Assembly (NCBI GenBank): GCA_011364965.1
Contig: RDOB01000005.1
Coordinates: forward strand, 32,001 to 96,000
DNA length: 64,000 nucleotides
Origin: Candidatus Heimdallarchaeota archaeon
Lineage (GTDB): Archaea > Asgardarchaeota > Heimdallarchaeia > Hodarchaeales > Hodarchaeaceae
Reading direction: 5' to 3'
The notes beneath the pieces are model-generated. The model saw only the letters and a program-made list of their open reading frames with translations, did not search any database and was not told the origin of the DNA. Of this stretch, positions 9,750 to 17,934 are shown piece by piece (position 1 is the stretch's first letter; each line of letters opens with the position of its first letter). A program made the translations under genes and the position numbers.

Positions 9750-11201
9750 TTAGAGCTTAACATAATTTAAACTAATTTTCCGATTGGATACGTTTAGGAT
9801 TTTTGTATTTGATGCAACTTTTTCGTTATTATAAGTGAAAAGCTCTATTAATCTCGAGAAGACATCTTTGTCACATTCAGACTTTATTTTATCACGAAAA
9901 TCCCAGAGAGACAAAAACCATTTTTCTGAAAGAAATTTTTGCTTATCTAATTTTGAATCTTCTTTCTCCTGTTTAGATTTTGTTTTATAATCAAATTTAC
10001 CTTTTTGATAGATTAAAACCTCATAATACTCGTGTTGGAACACTACTGTTTCATTATTTTTTGTTTTAACCACCCAATTTTTATTATTTTTATACCAAAC
10101 CGTAATTTTATCTCTAAGCCTTATTCCTTGATTCATAATTTGATCATTTATGATATGTAATGGAATTTTTTCTATATTCTCTTGAATTGAATCATATAGT
10201 ACTATAAGAATACGACCATCCCGCAAATGCTTTAGTAGTTCGCTAAAATTTGGGTTCAAGCCAGATTCGTGTAAATTTCTCATATCTAATATTAATAAAT
10301 CGTATTTTGAGACACCTGAATGATTGAATTTTGGATTAAGTGCTAAGTTTATTAATGAAAGGTTCCCTGACTTTCCTTTCCTCTTTTTTTTAATTTGATA
10401 ATTATTAGATGATTTTAAAAACTTAAAAATTGAATTGTGAGTAGCATTGGTTGAAAATTTATGGCCAACTTTTTCTTCAATAATTGAAAGCAGTTCTTTC
10501 AGTTTCTCTATACCAATAGAATTTCGATTCAAGTCTCGTGCTACTTTCATTGTTGTACCAGAACCCAAAAAAGGATCGCATACCCACTCTTTTTCGCGAG
10601 TAAAGAGATTAATCAATTTTTTAGGTAATTCTTCTGGGAAAGCAGCAATATTTTCCTCTAATCGTCCTTTGATGGGAAGTACATTAGTCATCGGCCAGAT
10701 ATCTTGAGTAATTTTAAGTTCCGAATTGGATTTGCTTTCCATGAAATCCCCAGATTTTTGAAAAATCAAGATGTTTTCAATCAAATTGTCAGGATAGTAA
10801 TACATCGGATAGGGATGTTGTAAAAACACTCCGCTTCGCCTGCTAATGCGAATATAACCTTCAGGTTTTTTCCAGATAATTTGTCCTCTTAATTTAAATC
10901 CGATTTTCATTAAAATTTTAGTTAGATCTGCAATTATAGGATATTTGATCCCTTTTACAAGCATATCATCAATATTGAGAGAAATAATTCCTTTTGGAGC
11001 TATTCGAGCAAAAAATCTATTACCAAAATCCTCAATTAAGCTCAAAAATTCCTCATAATTTCTATAAAAATCTTCATAATCAAAAGGGGCATTAAAATAA
11101 GGTGGAGAAGTAATTAATAAGTCAATTAAAGGCAATCGATCTATTTCACTTGTTTTGGTACAATCTCCAAGGATAAGATAATGCGAAATACTATCGTTCA
11201 T
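9750..11201 (-). CDS. Beta-class N4C/N6A DNA methyltransferase with degenerate C-terminal duplicate domain (orphan)
   Basis: TSPPY (motif IV) precedes DPFLGSGTT (motif I); C-terminal ~200 aa repeats the fold without these motifs. Confidence 0.88.
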   Translation of the reverse strand: MNDSISHYLILGDCTKTSEIDRLPLIDLLITSPPYFNAPFDYEDFYRNYEEFLSLIEDFGNRFFARIAPKGIISLNIDDMLVKGIKYPIIADLTKILMKIGFKLRGQIIWKKPEGYIRISRRSGVFLQHPYPMYYYPDNLIENILIFQKSGDFMESKSNSELKITQDIWPMTNVLPIKGRLEENIAAFPEELPKKLINLFTREKEWVCDPFLGSGTTMKVARDLNRNSIGIEKLKELLSIIEEKVGHKFSTNATHNSIFKFLKSSNNYQIKKKRKGKSGNLSLINLALNPKFNHSGVSKYDLLILDMRNLHESGLNPNFSELLKHLRDGRILIVLYDSIQENIEKIPLHIINDQIMNQGIRLRDKITVWYKNNKNWVVKTKNNETVVFQHEYYEVLIYQKGKFDYKTKSKQEKEDSKLDKQKFLSEKWFLSLWDFRDKIKSECDKDVFSRLIELFTYNNEKVASNTKILNVSNRKISLNYVKL

Positions 11202-11354
11202 TCTTTATTCCCATATTAAGGATTCTAAAAACCAATCCAATACAGAATTGTCACATTTGACTCTGAGGATAATTCCAATAAAAAAAAACTGTAAAATCAT
11301 TTAACATAATACTGTAGCGAATCTTTATATATCTGCATATTATTACATAATCCG

Positions 11355-11376
11355 TCATAATTTACAACTATTATGA
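11355..11376. promoter_or_regulatory. 22-bp palindrome, candidate transcription-factor site upstream of the gdh operon
   Basis: TCATAAT-ttacaact-ATTATGA; same TCRTAA-N10-TTAYGA pattern as 16455-16476. Confidence 0.45.
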
Positions 11377-11615
11377 AATTTTTTACACTTATTCAAAGAA
11401 AAATTTTAACACGTTATTTTATGTCATTTTTTTTCCTTTCTTTGCTAATTAATATGTGTGATTTCTATTGATATTTTTTATCAAATTTATTTCTTTCGCT
11501 GCATAAAATGATACTTAGTGTGAAAGAGCGCGTTTTTTTGGGTATTTCTGCTCACAGTATTTATTAAGTTGGATTACGCAATGTTTCATAGGTTGCAATG
11601 AAAGGATTGGATTGA

Positions 11616-12803
11616 ATGACCGCTTCATTGAATGTTCAAAAGCTTATTCAAGAAACCTCCATACCCTTAGCTGATAATCTCAATATCATTTCTTTTTTGG
11701 ACAAATGGGGTCCAGAACAGATAGTACAAGTATATGATCCCGATGTTAAGATGCTTGGATTCCTTATTATTGATAATACCTTTCTAGGGCCATCAATTGG
11801 AGGATTACGTGTCTCAAATACAACGACTCCTTATGATGCTTTTCAATTAGCACGTACGATGACTTGGAAATCTGCGTTATATAATTACGGATATGGAGGA
11901 GGAATGGCTGTCATTCACTCAAATCCATTCGGGGTTGAAAAATCAAAGTTAATAAGGTCATTTGCTAAAAAAATCTCTCAATATGTACCAGAAAAATTCA
12001 TAGCTTCTCCAGACATGAATATAGATGAAGAGGATTTACTACTTTTTGCTGAAACAATTGGTGATATGAAATCTGTAACTGGAAAACCCTTAAAGAAGGG
12101 AGGTATTCCTTCCAAATTAGGTATGGTTGGTTTTGGAATAGGTGTGTCATTAGAATCCACAATAAAGCTATTAGAAGAATATAACCACGTAAAAAATAGT
12201 ATTGGTAATAAAGTGGTGATTCAAGGATTCGGAAGTGTCGGTTCAGGCTTAGCTAAATACCTTTATAGTAAAGGGTTTCAAATTGTGGGCATTTGTGATT
12301 ACTGGGGAGCTATTCACGATCCTAAAGGCATCGAAATTCCTAGTATAGAAAAGAACTCCTCTGCTCGCGAGGAGAAGTCATCATTAAAGAATTTAAAACG
12401 TCTATCAGTGATCAAAAGGGATGAAATATGTTCTATTGATTCTGACATTTTTATCCCTTGTGCTTGTGAAAGAACAGTAAACGAAGTTAATTATGCCCAA
12501 ATTAAAGGGAAAGTTATCATAGAGGGTGCCAATAAAGCAATTTCACCACTTGCAGAGATTCAGTTGATTAAAAATGGAAAAATAATTGTTCCTGATCTCA
12601 TTTCAAATATTGGGGGATTAATTTCTTCCTACTCCGAATATAAGCAAATTGGAGTTAATGAAACATTTTCAATAATTCAATCCTCAGTTGAATCAGTAAC
12701 AAAAGAAATTATGAAAAGCTCTTTGGAATCAGGACTCACTTTGCGAAGAATCGCAACTGAAATCGCGAAGGAGAGAATACTAACTTCTATGGAGGCGAAT
12801 TAA
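11616..12803 (+). CDS. Glu/Leu/Phe/Val dehydrogenase homologue, probably catalytically inactive (regulatory subunit?)
   Basis: GDH fold (LARTMTWK, PDMN, VTGKP..GG, IQGFGSVG, EGAN) but GPSIGG replaces GPxKGG and GGGMA replaces GGxKG. Confidence 0.85.
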   Translation: MTASLNVQKLIQETSIPLADNLNIISFLDKWGPEQIVQVYDPDVKMLGFLIIDNTFLGPSIGGLRVSNTTTPYDAFQLARTMTWKSALYNYGYGGGMAVIHSNPFGVEKSKLIRSFAKKISQYVPEKFIASPDMNIDEEDLLLFAETIGDMKSVTGKPLKKGGIPSKLGMVGFGIGVSLESTIKLLEEYNHVKNSIGNKVVIQGFGSVGSGLAKYLYSKGFQIVGICDYWGAIHDPKGIEIPSIEKNSSAREEKSSLKNLKRLSVIKRDEICSIDSDIFIPCACERTVNEVNYAQIKGKVIIEGANKAISPLAEIQLIKNGKIIVPDLISNIGGLISSYSEYKQIGVNETFSIIQSSVESVTKEIMKSSLESGLTLRRIATEIAKERILTSMEAN

Positions 12804-12808
12804 AGAAA

Positions 12809-13540
12809 ATGGAAGATGCTTTCGCTACATTTGATGAATCGTTTAACTATCTAGACCATATTAACACTCCATATCTCTCTAGTAAGATAAAAGGAAAATT
12901 TCCTGTGGAATCTTTTCATCCCTGTTATTTAGAGATGCCCAAAGATTCTTTAAAGATGAATTTATGCGGACGGAGTAATTATCAATCGAAAAATAAGAAA
13001 AAGAGTACTAATTGGATTAATAGACGGATAATAGAATTACCCATATATGATACCAATCGAAAGGATTCCTTTAATTGGAGGGAAATTACAAACTTTTGGT
13101 CTTCTTCCTCATCACTTGAAGATATCCCTTGTATCACGCTTGTGTTCAAAATAAGGGGATATTATTCCGCTTTTCGTGAAGCTCAGGTATTTACTGTCTT
13201 ACTTGTATGGCCTGGGTACTGTCGAATGCTTGAATTAGATTGGTATGAGGGGCCTGAAGATGATTGCATTACCCCTGAATGGTATATTCATTCACACAGG
13301 ATCCTAACGTTGGATAGAGCAATCAAACGGCTTAATTTGTCATATAAGAACGAACCTGGTTGGACAAATATAATTTACTCTATATATGTAAACCCGTACC
13401 AAATAGGAAATTCTCTGAAAGGAGATAAACAACATGGGGAGCCTGAACCCTGGATTTTTAAATGGAATTATAGTAAAGAGCAAGATTTCAGAGTGGAGAT
13501 GGATAATATGCTCTGCGAGATTTGTAAAATAATGGAGTAA
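12809..13540 (+). CDS. Hypothetical protein (Trp/Cys/Tyr-rich), within gdh operon
   Basis: 243-aa ORF, 5 nt after upstream stop and 6 nt before next start; GGAGG-like RBS upstream. Confidence 0.75.
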   Translation: MEDAFATFDESFNYLDHINTPYLSSKIKGKFPVESFHPCYLEMPKDSLKMNLCGRSNYQSKNKKKSTNWINRRIIELPIYDTNRKDSFNWREITNFWSSSSSLEDIPCITLVFKIRGYYSAFREAQVFTVLLVWPGYCRMLELDWYEGPEDDCITPEWYIHSHRILTLDRAIKRLNLSYKNEPGWTNIIYSIYVNPYQIGNSLKGDKQHGEPEPWIFKWNYSKEQDFRVEMDNMLCEICKIME

Positions 13541-13546
13541 GGAATT

Positions 13547-13942
13547 ATGGCAAATTTGTATTTAGGTTATGATATTAAAGACAAAGATCAATTCAACGTA
13601 CACGATTTGATAAGCCAGATCAAAGAAGAAGGTTTATTTGATCTAATCTTTACATCAGAGGATCTATTTGAAGATGAATCTTCTTCAAATGATGATTACT
13701 GGATGCAACAATCTGATTTTTGTATTTTCCTCTGTTCAAAGAACACTTCAAATTGTGCACGTCTATGTGATGATGTATATCAGGCTTTTTATGAAGGAAA
13801 AAAGATTATTCCCATATATAACAGTTTTGCAAATATATTTCCTCTCATAAGACATATTGAGGGGATCAAAATCGAAAGAAACGAGAGTTGTGTGAATAAA
13901 GTAGTGAAAAAACTCAATAAACTTATTGAAAGAGGTATGTGA
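13547..13942 (+). CDS. Standalone TIR-domain protein (catalytic Glu position appears to be Asp)
   Basis: LYLGY..KD (FxSY equivalent), SDFCIFLCSKNT, RLCDDVYQAF, KKIIPIY, PLI: TIR_2 secondary-structure pattern. Confidence 0.7.
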   Translation: MANLYLGYDIKDKDQFNVHDLISQIKEEGLFDLIFTSEDLFEDESSSNDDYWMQQSDFCIFLCSKNTSNCARLCDDVYQAFYEGKKIIPIYNSFANIFPLIRHIEGIKIERNESCVNKVVKKLNKLIERGM

Positions 13943-13943
13943 A

Positions 13944-15248
13944 ATGGAAATAACAAAACGAGAGATTTTCCACCAGAAAGAACTATCTGAGGATGAAACA
14001 AATCCATGGCAGAATGCATTAATACAGTTAAATGAGGCTGCAAAGGTAATAAACTTAGACAATAATATACTAAAGATTTTGGAAAGGCCCGCAACTACCC
14101 TTATCACTACTTTTCCAGTCACTATGGATGATGGAAGTATTGAAGTATTCGAGGGTTATCGTGTACAGCATAATATGTCACGGGGTCCTTGTAAAGGTGG
14201 TATTCGATTCTCCCCCTCGGTTAATATTGACGAAGTAAAAGCTCTAGCTGCTTGGATGACATGGAAAACAGCTGTCACTAATATTCCTTATGGTGGGGCA
14301 AAAGGTGGAGTAGTTGTCGATCCTAGCAAGCTTAGTCAATCAGAATTGCAGCGTCTTGTTAGAAGGTTTACTTATTCAATTATTTCCTTAATTGGTCCAA
14401 ACTCAGACATTCCCGCTCCTGATATCAATACAAATCCTGAGATAATGGCTGTAATGATGGATACGTATTCAATGATTAAAGGGCATACAGAGTTAGGAGT
14501 AGTGACAGGAAAACCAATAGAGGTTGGGGGTTCTCTTGGCCGGAAAGAAGCTACTGGTCGGGGTGTTTATATCACAATGGAAGAAGCACTCCATCAACAA
14601 AATAAGCAGTGTTGTGATGGGGTTAAAATAGCAATTCAGGGTTTTGGTAATGTAGGATCGCATTTCGCTAGAATTGCTTATGAAAATAAAGCAAAAATTA
14701 TAGGAGTTACTGACATATTTGGAGGGGTTTATAACCCAAATGGACTCGATATCCCCGATCTCATATCTTACGTTGAAAATTCAGGGAAGAGATCTGTAGT
14801 AGGCTATCCAGGTGCTGATCCGTTACCACAAGCTGACATTTTCTCCCTAGATGTCGATGTTCTTGCACCATGTGCTCTTGAAAATCAGATTACAACTTCT
14901 AATGCTGAAATTATTGAAGCGAGTTTAATTGTCGAAGGCGCAAATGGCCCTACTACTCCAAGAGCTGATAAAATTTTGAATGAAAGGGGAATTGTGGTAA
15001 TTCCTGATATTCTAGCTAATGCAGGTGGAGTAGTATGTAGTTACTTTGAATGGGTTCAATCTCTGCAATCTTTCTTCTGGTCTGATGATCAGGTAAATAA
15101 TGCGCTTTCAAACATCTTAATTAAATCATTCAAGGAAGTAAATCTCTATAAAAGTAGATATAATATCCAAGATCTCAGAACTGCTGCTATGTGTTTAGCG
15201 GTAAACAGAGTTGCTAAAGCTATTAAATTACGTGGTATATTCCCGTAA
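13944..15248 (+). CDS. gdhA: Glutamate dehydrogenase (NAD(P)-dependent), catalytically intact
   Basis: GYRVQH, GPCKGGIR, MTWKTA, GGAKGG, DIPAPD, GGSLGRKEATGRG, QGFGNVG, ANAGGV; ATG 13944 after AGAGGT preferred over TTG 13926. Confidence 0.96.
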   Translation: MEITKREIFHQKELSEDETNPWQNALIQLNEAAKVINLDNNILKILERPATTLITTFPVTMDDGSIEVFEGYRVQHNMSRGPCKGGIRFSPSVNIDEVKALAAWMTWKTAVTNIPYGGAKGGVVVDPSKLSQSELQRLVRRFTYSIISLIGPNSDIPAPDINTNPEIMAVMMDTYSMIKGHTELGVVTGKPIEVGGSLGRKEATGRGVYITMEEALHQQNKQCCDGVKIAIQGFGNVGSHFARIAYENKAKIIGVTDIFGGVYNPNGLDIPDLISYVENSGKRSVVGYPGADPLPQADIFSLDVDVLAPCALENQITTSNAEIIEASLIVEGANGPTTPRADKILNERGIVVIPDILANAGGVVCSYFEWVQSLQSFFWSDDQVNNALSNILIKSFKEVNLYKSRYNIQDLRTAAMCLAVNRVAKAIKLRGIFP

Positions 15249-15262
15249 TTTCCTTTCTTTTT
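15249..15262 (+). terminator. Oligo-T tract after gdh stop, candidate archaeal terminator
   Basis: tttcctttcttttt between the convergent gdh and regulator genes. Confidence 0.35.
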
Positions 15263-16339
15263 TTATATTCTTTCATCATCCTGCATTAATGAGACAATCT
15301 CTCTTCCATGAACACTGCGCAGCTTTTTTTCGATAAATTGTAAGGGAACATAATTCTGGTTGATGGAGAAAGCCATCGCTGAAGAGATATACGTATTTTT
15401 TACAGCACCTATGCTGTTTGGGAATCTATTCTGTAAATCTTCTTGCCATTGAAGGTGATCTTTTACATAATAAAATATTATTCCCATAAAATAGTTATAT
15501 CGACCTTCATTTATTTTTATAAGCATAGGGATGTGATCATCTTTTCTCAAATATTTTAATACAGCATCTTTCTGGTCATTTATCTCTACGAGTGATAGTA
15601 CAAAAAAATAATCTGGTGGAATAAATGCTCTTGGAAATCGTGCACTTGGACGTGTAATAATGTTTTCTTCTAACATTGAAACGAGTTTATTTTGAATGGT
15701 GCGACGATTTACACCCATCCTTCGAGCTAGTAAATTCTCATTTGTTTTTATACCCTTCCCTTTTAAAACATATTTAGCGATCTCTAATGAAAGGTTATCG
15801 AGTTCTAGGCCTTTTAATTTGTGGATTTTTCCAGTATTATAGTCATCAATTACAATGTTAATACCAATTGATGGTTTATACTTTAACATTCTTTTAGTGC
15901 TGAATAGCAAAGCTTCAGGTGGATTTTGATTCTCAAAGGTTGTGATAAGGCCTTCCTCAAACATAGCATCACACCAACTTTGATATTGGAATAAGTCCTC
16001 GTGAAATTGAATTGTTAGTGTGTTATAGACTCCCTCTTTAAAGAAGAAGGCAGCATAAATTTGTGGATCAAGCGCAACAAATTCATTAGTTTTCTCATCC
16101 CTCGCTAAATCATCCTTGGAAATCACAAGTAGAGGGTATTCAGTTAGAAGGCGTTCGAAGGAGTAAAAGGGTCTCGTAATTATCTCATTATCAATTAATA
16201 GTTTTAATCGGGTCTTAATTGTATTTCTATGCTTTTTAAAATGGTCCGATAAGTCACTTAGATTAAAATTCACCCCTATTCCTGAAGTTAAATACTTTAA
16301 TAACGTGAGGGAAATTTCATTCTCTAAATGGTATGCCAC
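15263..16339 (-). CDS. Tandem (two-repeat) Lrp/AsnC-like transcriptional regulator
   Basis: Two HTHs (NLSDLSDHFKKHRNTIKTRLKLLIDNEII; NENLLARRMGVNRRTIQNKLVSMLEENII), each followed by a RAM-like segment (EGVYNTL / EGRYNYF). Confidence 0.8.
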   Translation of the reverse strand: MAYHLENEISLTLLKYLTSGIGVNFNLSDLSDHFKKHRNTIKTRLKLLIDNEIITRPFYSFERLLTEYPLLVISKDDLARDEKTNEFVALDPQIYAAFFFKEGVYNTLTIQFHEDLFQYQSWCDAMFEEGLITTFENQNPPEALLFSTKRMLKYKPSIGINIVIDDYNTGKIHKLKGLELDNLSLEIAKYVLKGKGIKTNENLLARRMGVNRRTIQNKLVSMLEENIITRPSARFPRAFIPPDYFFVLSLVEINDQKDAVLKYLRKDDHIPMLIKINEGRYNYFMGIIFYYVKDHLQWQEDLQNRFPNSIGAVKNTYISSAMAFSINQNYVPLQFIEKKLRSVHGREIVSLMQDDERI

Positions 16340-16454
16340 GATTCTTCGAGAAAAAATTAAATTTCTCCTTTAAAGATTTTTTTGGGCCTTAGCACCAATC
16401 AACATTTTTAACTAGATATTCAGATAAAAAAGTCAAATCATATCATTTTTTTCG

Positions 16455-16476
16455 TCGTAAAAGGTATATTTTACGA
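16455..16476. promoter_or_regulatory. 22-bp perfect-arm palindrome upstream of the Lrp-like regulator
   Basis: TCGTAAAA-ggtata-TTTTACGA in the divergent intergenic region. Confidence 0.5.
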
Positions 16477-16548
16477 TGTTATTATTATTTTAATACCGCA
16501 TTACCAATTTATTAAAGGACATTCACTCCCACTAATATTGGACACTTA

Positions 16549-17082
16549 ATGAATTTTAATTTGAATCTGGTAAAGAAAGTGCAGAAAAGAAATTTTAGAC
16601 TGTTAGAGCTGGTAAATGTTACAATAATGAGTTTTGCCTATATTGCATTATTTTTCTCAGGTTTTCTTAGGCCTGATCAACCATATAACTATTTTATTGG
16701 ATCTTTTGGTTGGATTATATGGTTTCTGGGACTTATGTTGGCATTGTCACCCAATTTTGTATTAAAACAAAGAGGTGAGGTTCCTGAGGGAAAATCATAT
16801 ATTCACACTACCAAATTAGTAAAGGATGGGATTTATGGAGTAATGCGCCATCCTCAATATACTGGCGGGATTGTGATTGCTTTTGCTATGTGTTTAATAA
16901 TCCAAGCTATATTGACATACTTTTTAGCAGTAATTGCGTTAATAACAGCTTATCTTTCAATGGTTTTTGAGGAAGAGCGATTATTGATTAAATTTGGGCT
17001 TGATTATGAAAGTTATAAAGCGAAAGTTCCAAGAGCCAACTTTTTAATAGGCTTCCTCAGAAAAGTGAAAAATCTAAGGTAA
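16549..17082 (+). CDS. Isoprenylcysteine carboxyl methyltransferase / PEMT family membrane protein
   Basis: LVKDGIYGVMRHPQYTG, EEERLLIKFG.DY..YKAKVPR, TM helices. Confidence 0.9.
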   Translation: MNFNLNLVKKVQKRNFRLLELVNVTIMSFAYIALFFSGFLRPDQPYNYFIGSFGWIIWFLGLMLALSPNFVLKQRGEVPEGKSYIHTTKLVKDGIYGVMRHPQYTGGIVIAFAMCLIIQAILTYFLAVIALITAYLSMVFEEERLLIKFGLDYESYKAKVPRANFLIGFLRKVKNLR

Positions 17083-17100
17083 TAGATATCAGGATGTGGT

Positions 17101-17694
17101 TTGTTGTCTAAAAAAGTGCTTATTGCTTACGCTTCACGGTTTGGGAGCACAGAGGAAATTTCGATAAAATATAAACAAGTTCTTGAAGAAAAAGGATTCA
17201 TAGTTGATTTAATCAACTTGAAATCCCGTTCAACTAATCCCAAAAAGTTGAATGTGAATGATTATTCTGGTTTACTGATTGGAAGTGGAATTCGTGTGTC
17301 TAGATGGACAAAAGAAGCGAAATCCTTTTTAAAAGCCTATACCAAACAAATAAACAGTGGAAAGATTTTAGTTGGAGTTTATCTTAGTTCTGGTGAGGCA
17401 TCTGATCCTGAAAAGAGGCCTGAAGCCGTTGAAAAATATCTCCTAAATGTCTTTAATGAGTTTAATATCGACTTGGGAGATCATTTACTATATGATGCGT
17501 TTGGAGGGATATATGACTTATCCAAAGATACTAACTTAAATTGGCTAAATAAACGAATGTTAACAATGGCTGCAAATTATCCTGAACCTGATTCAAATCC
17601 AGCTTTTGGAATTGGACTTAATCAAAGAAAGGACTTGCGTGATTGGGATCAAATCAATAACTTTATTGAGATTTTTATTTCCAAATTTCAATAA
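17101..17694 (+). CDS. Flavodoxin-domain protein (HemG/Flavodoxin_5-like)
   Basis: LIAYASRFGSTEEI, IGSGI, FGG, DLRDWDQI. Confidence 0.88.
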   Translation: MLSKKVLIAYASRFGSTEEISIKYKQVLEEKGFIVDLINLKSRSTNPKKLNVNDYSGLLIGSGIRVSRWTKEAKSFLKAYTKQINSGKILVGVYLSSGEASDPEKRPEAVEKYLLNVFNEFNIDLGDHLLYDAFGGIYDLSKDTNLNWLNKRMLTMAANYPEPDSNPAFGIGLNQRKDLRDWDQINNFIEIFISKFQ

Positions 17695-17934
17695 AGTAGA
17701 ACTTCATCCTTTGGAAACACAAACCCCTATGATTAAATTTCGCTTCAGTTCTTTACCCTTAGTAATTATATACTCGTTTTCAGCAAATTCCTGACTTGGT
17801 TTGTATCACATAAAAGTAACTATGTATCCTGAGCGAGCTTCACCGTTCAAAACCTTCAAAAAATCAGAGTAGATGCCCGAATTATTGAATGTTTACACTT
17901 TATTTTTACTTTATTATTTTGGAGTGACTTTAAT

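Noticed and set aside
9750-11201. Restriction-modification system
   Set aside because: No recognisable endonuclease gene adjacent; neighbours are AOR-like and GDH-like genes
13547-13942. TIR gene as part of a Thoeris/CBASS-type defence system
   Set aside because: No ThsA/SIR2, cyclase, Argonaute or STAND partner nearby; embedded in a GDH operon; catalytic Glu apparently absent
17695-17890. Minus-strand frame with one in-frame TGA (selenocysteine readthrough?)
   Set aside because: No start codon before the upstream TAA, no redox motif, no recognisable SECIS; probably chance or a decayed fragment
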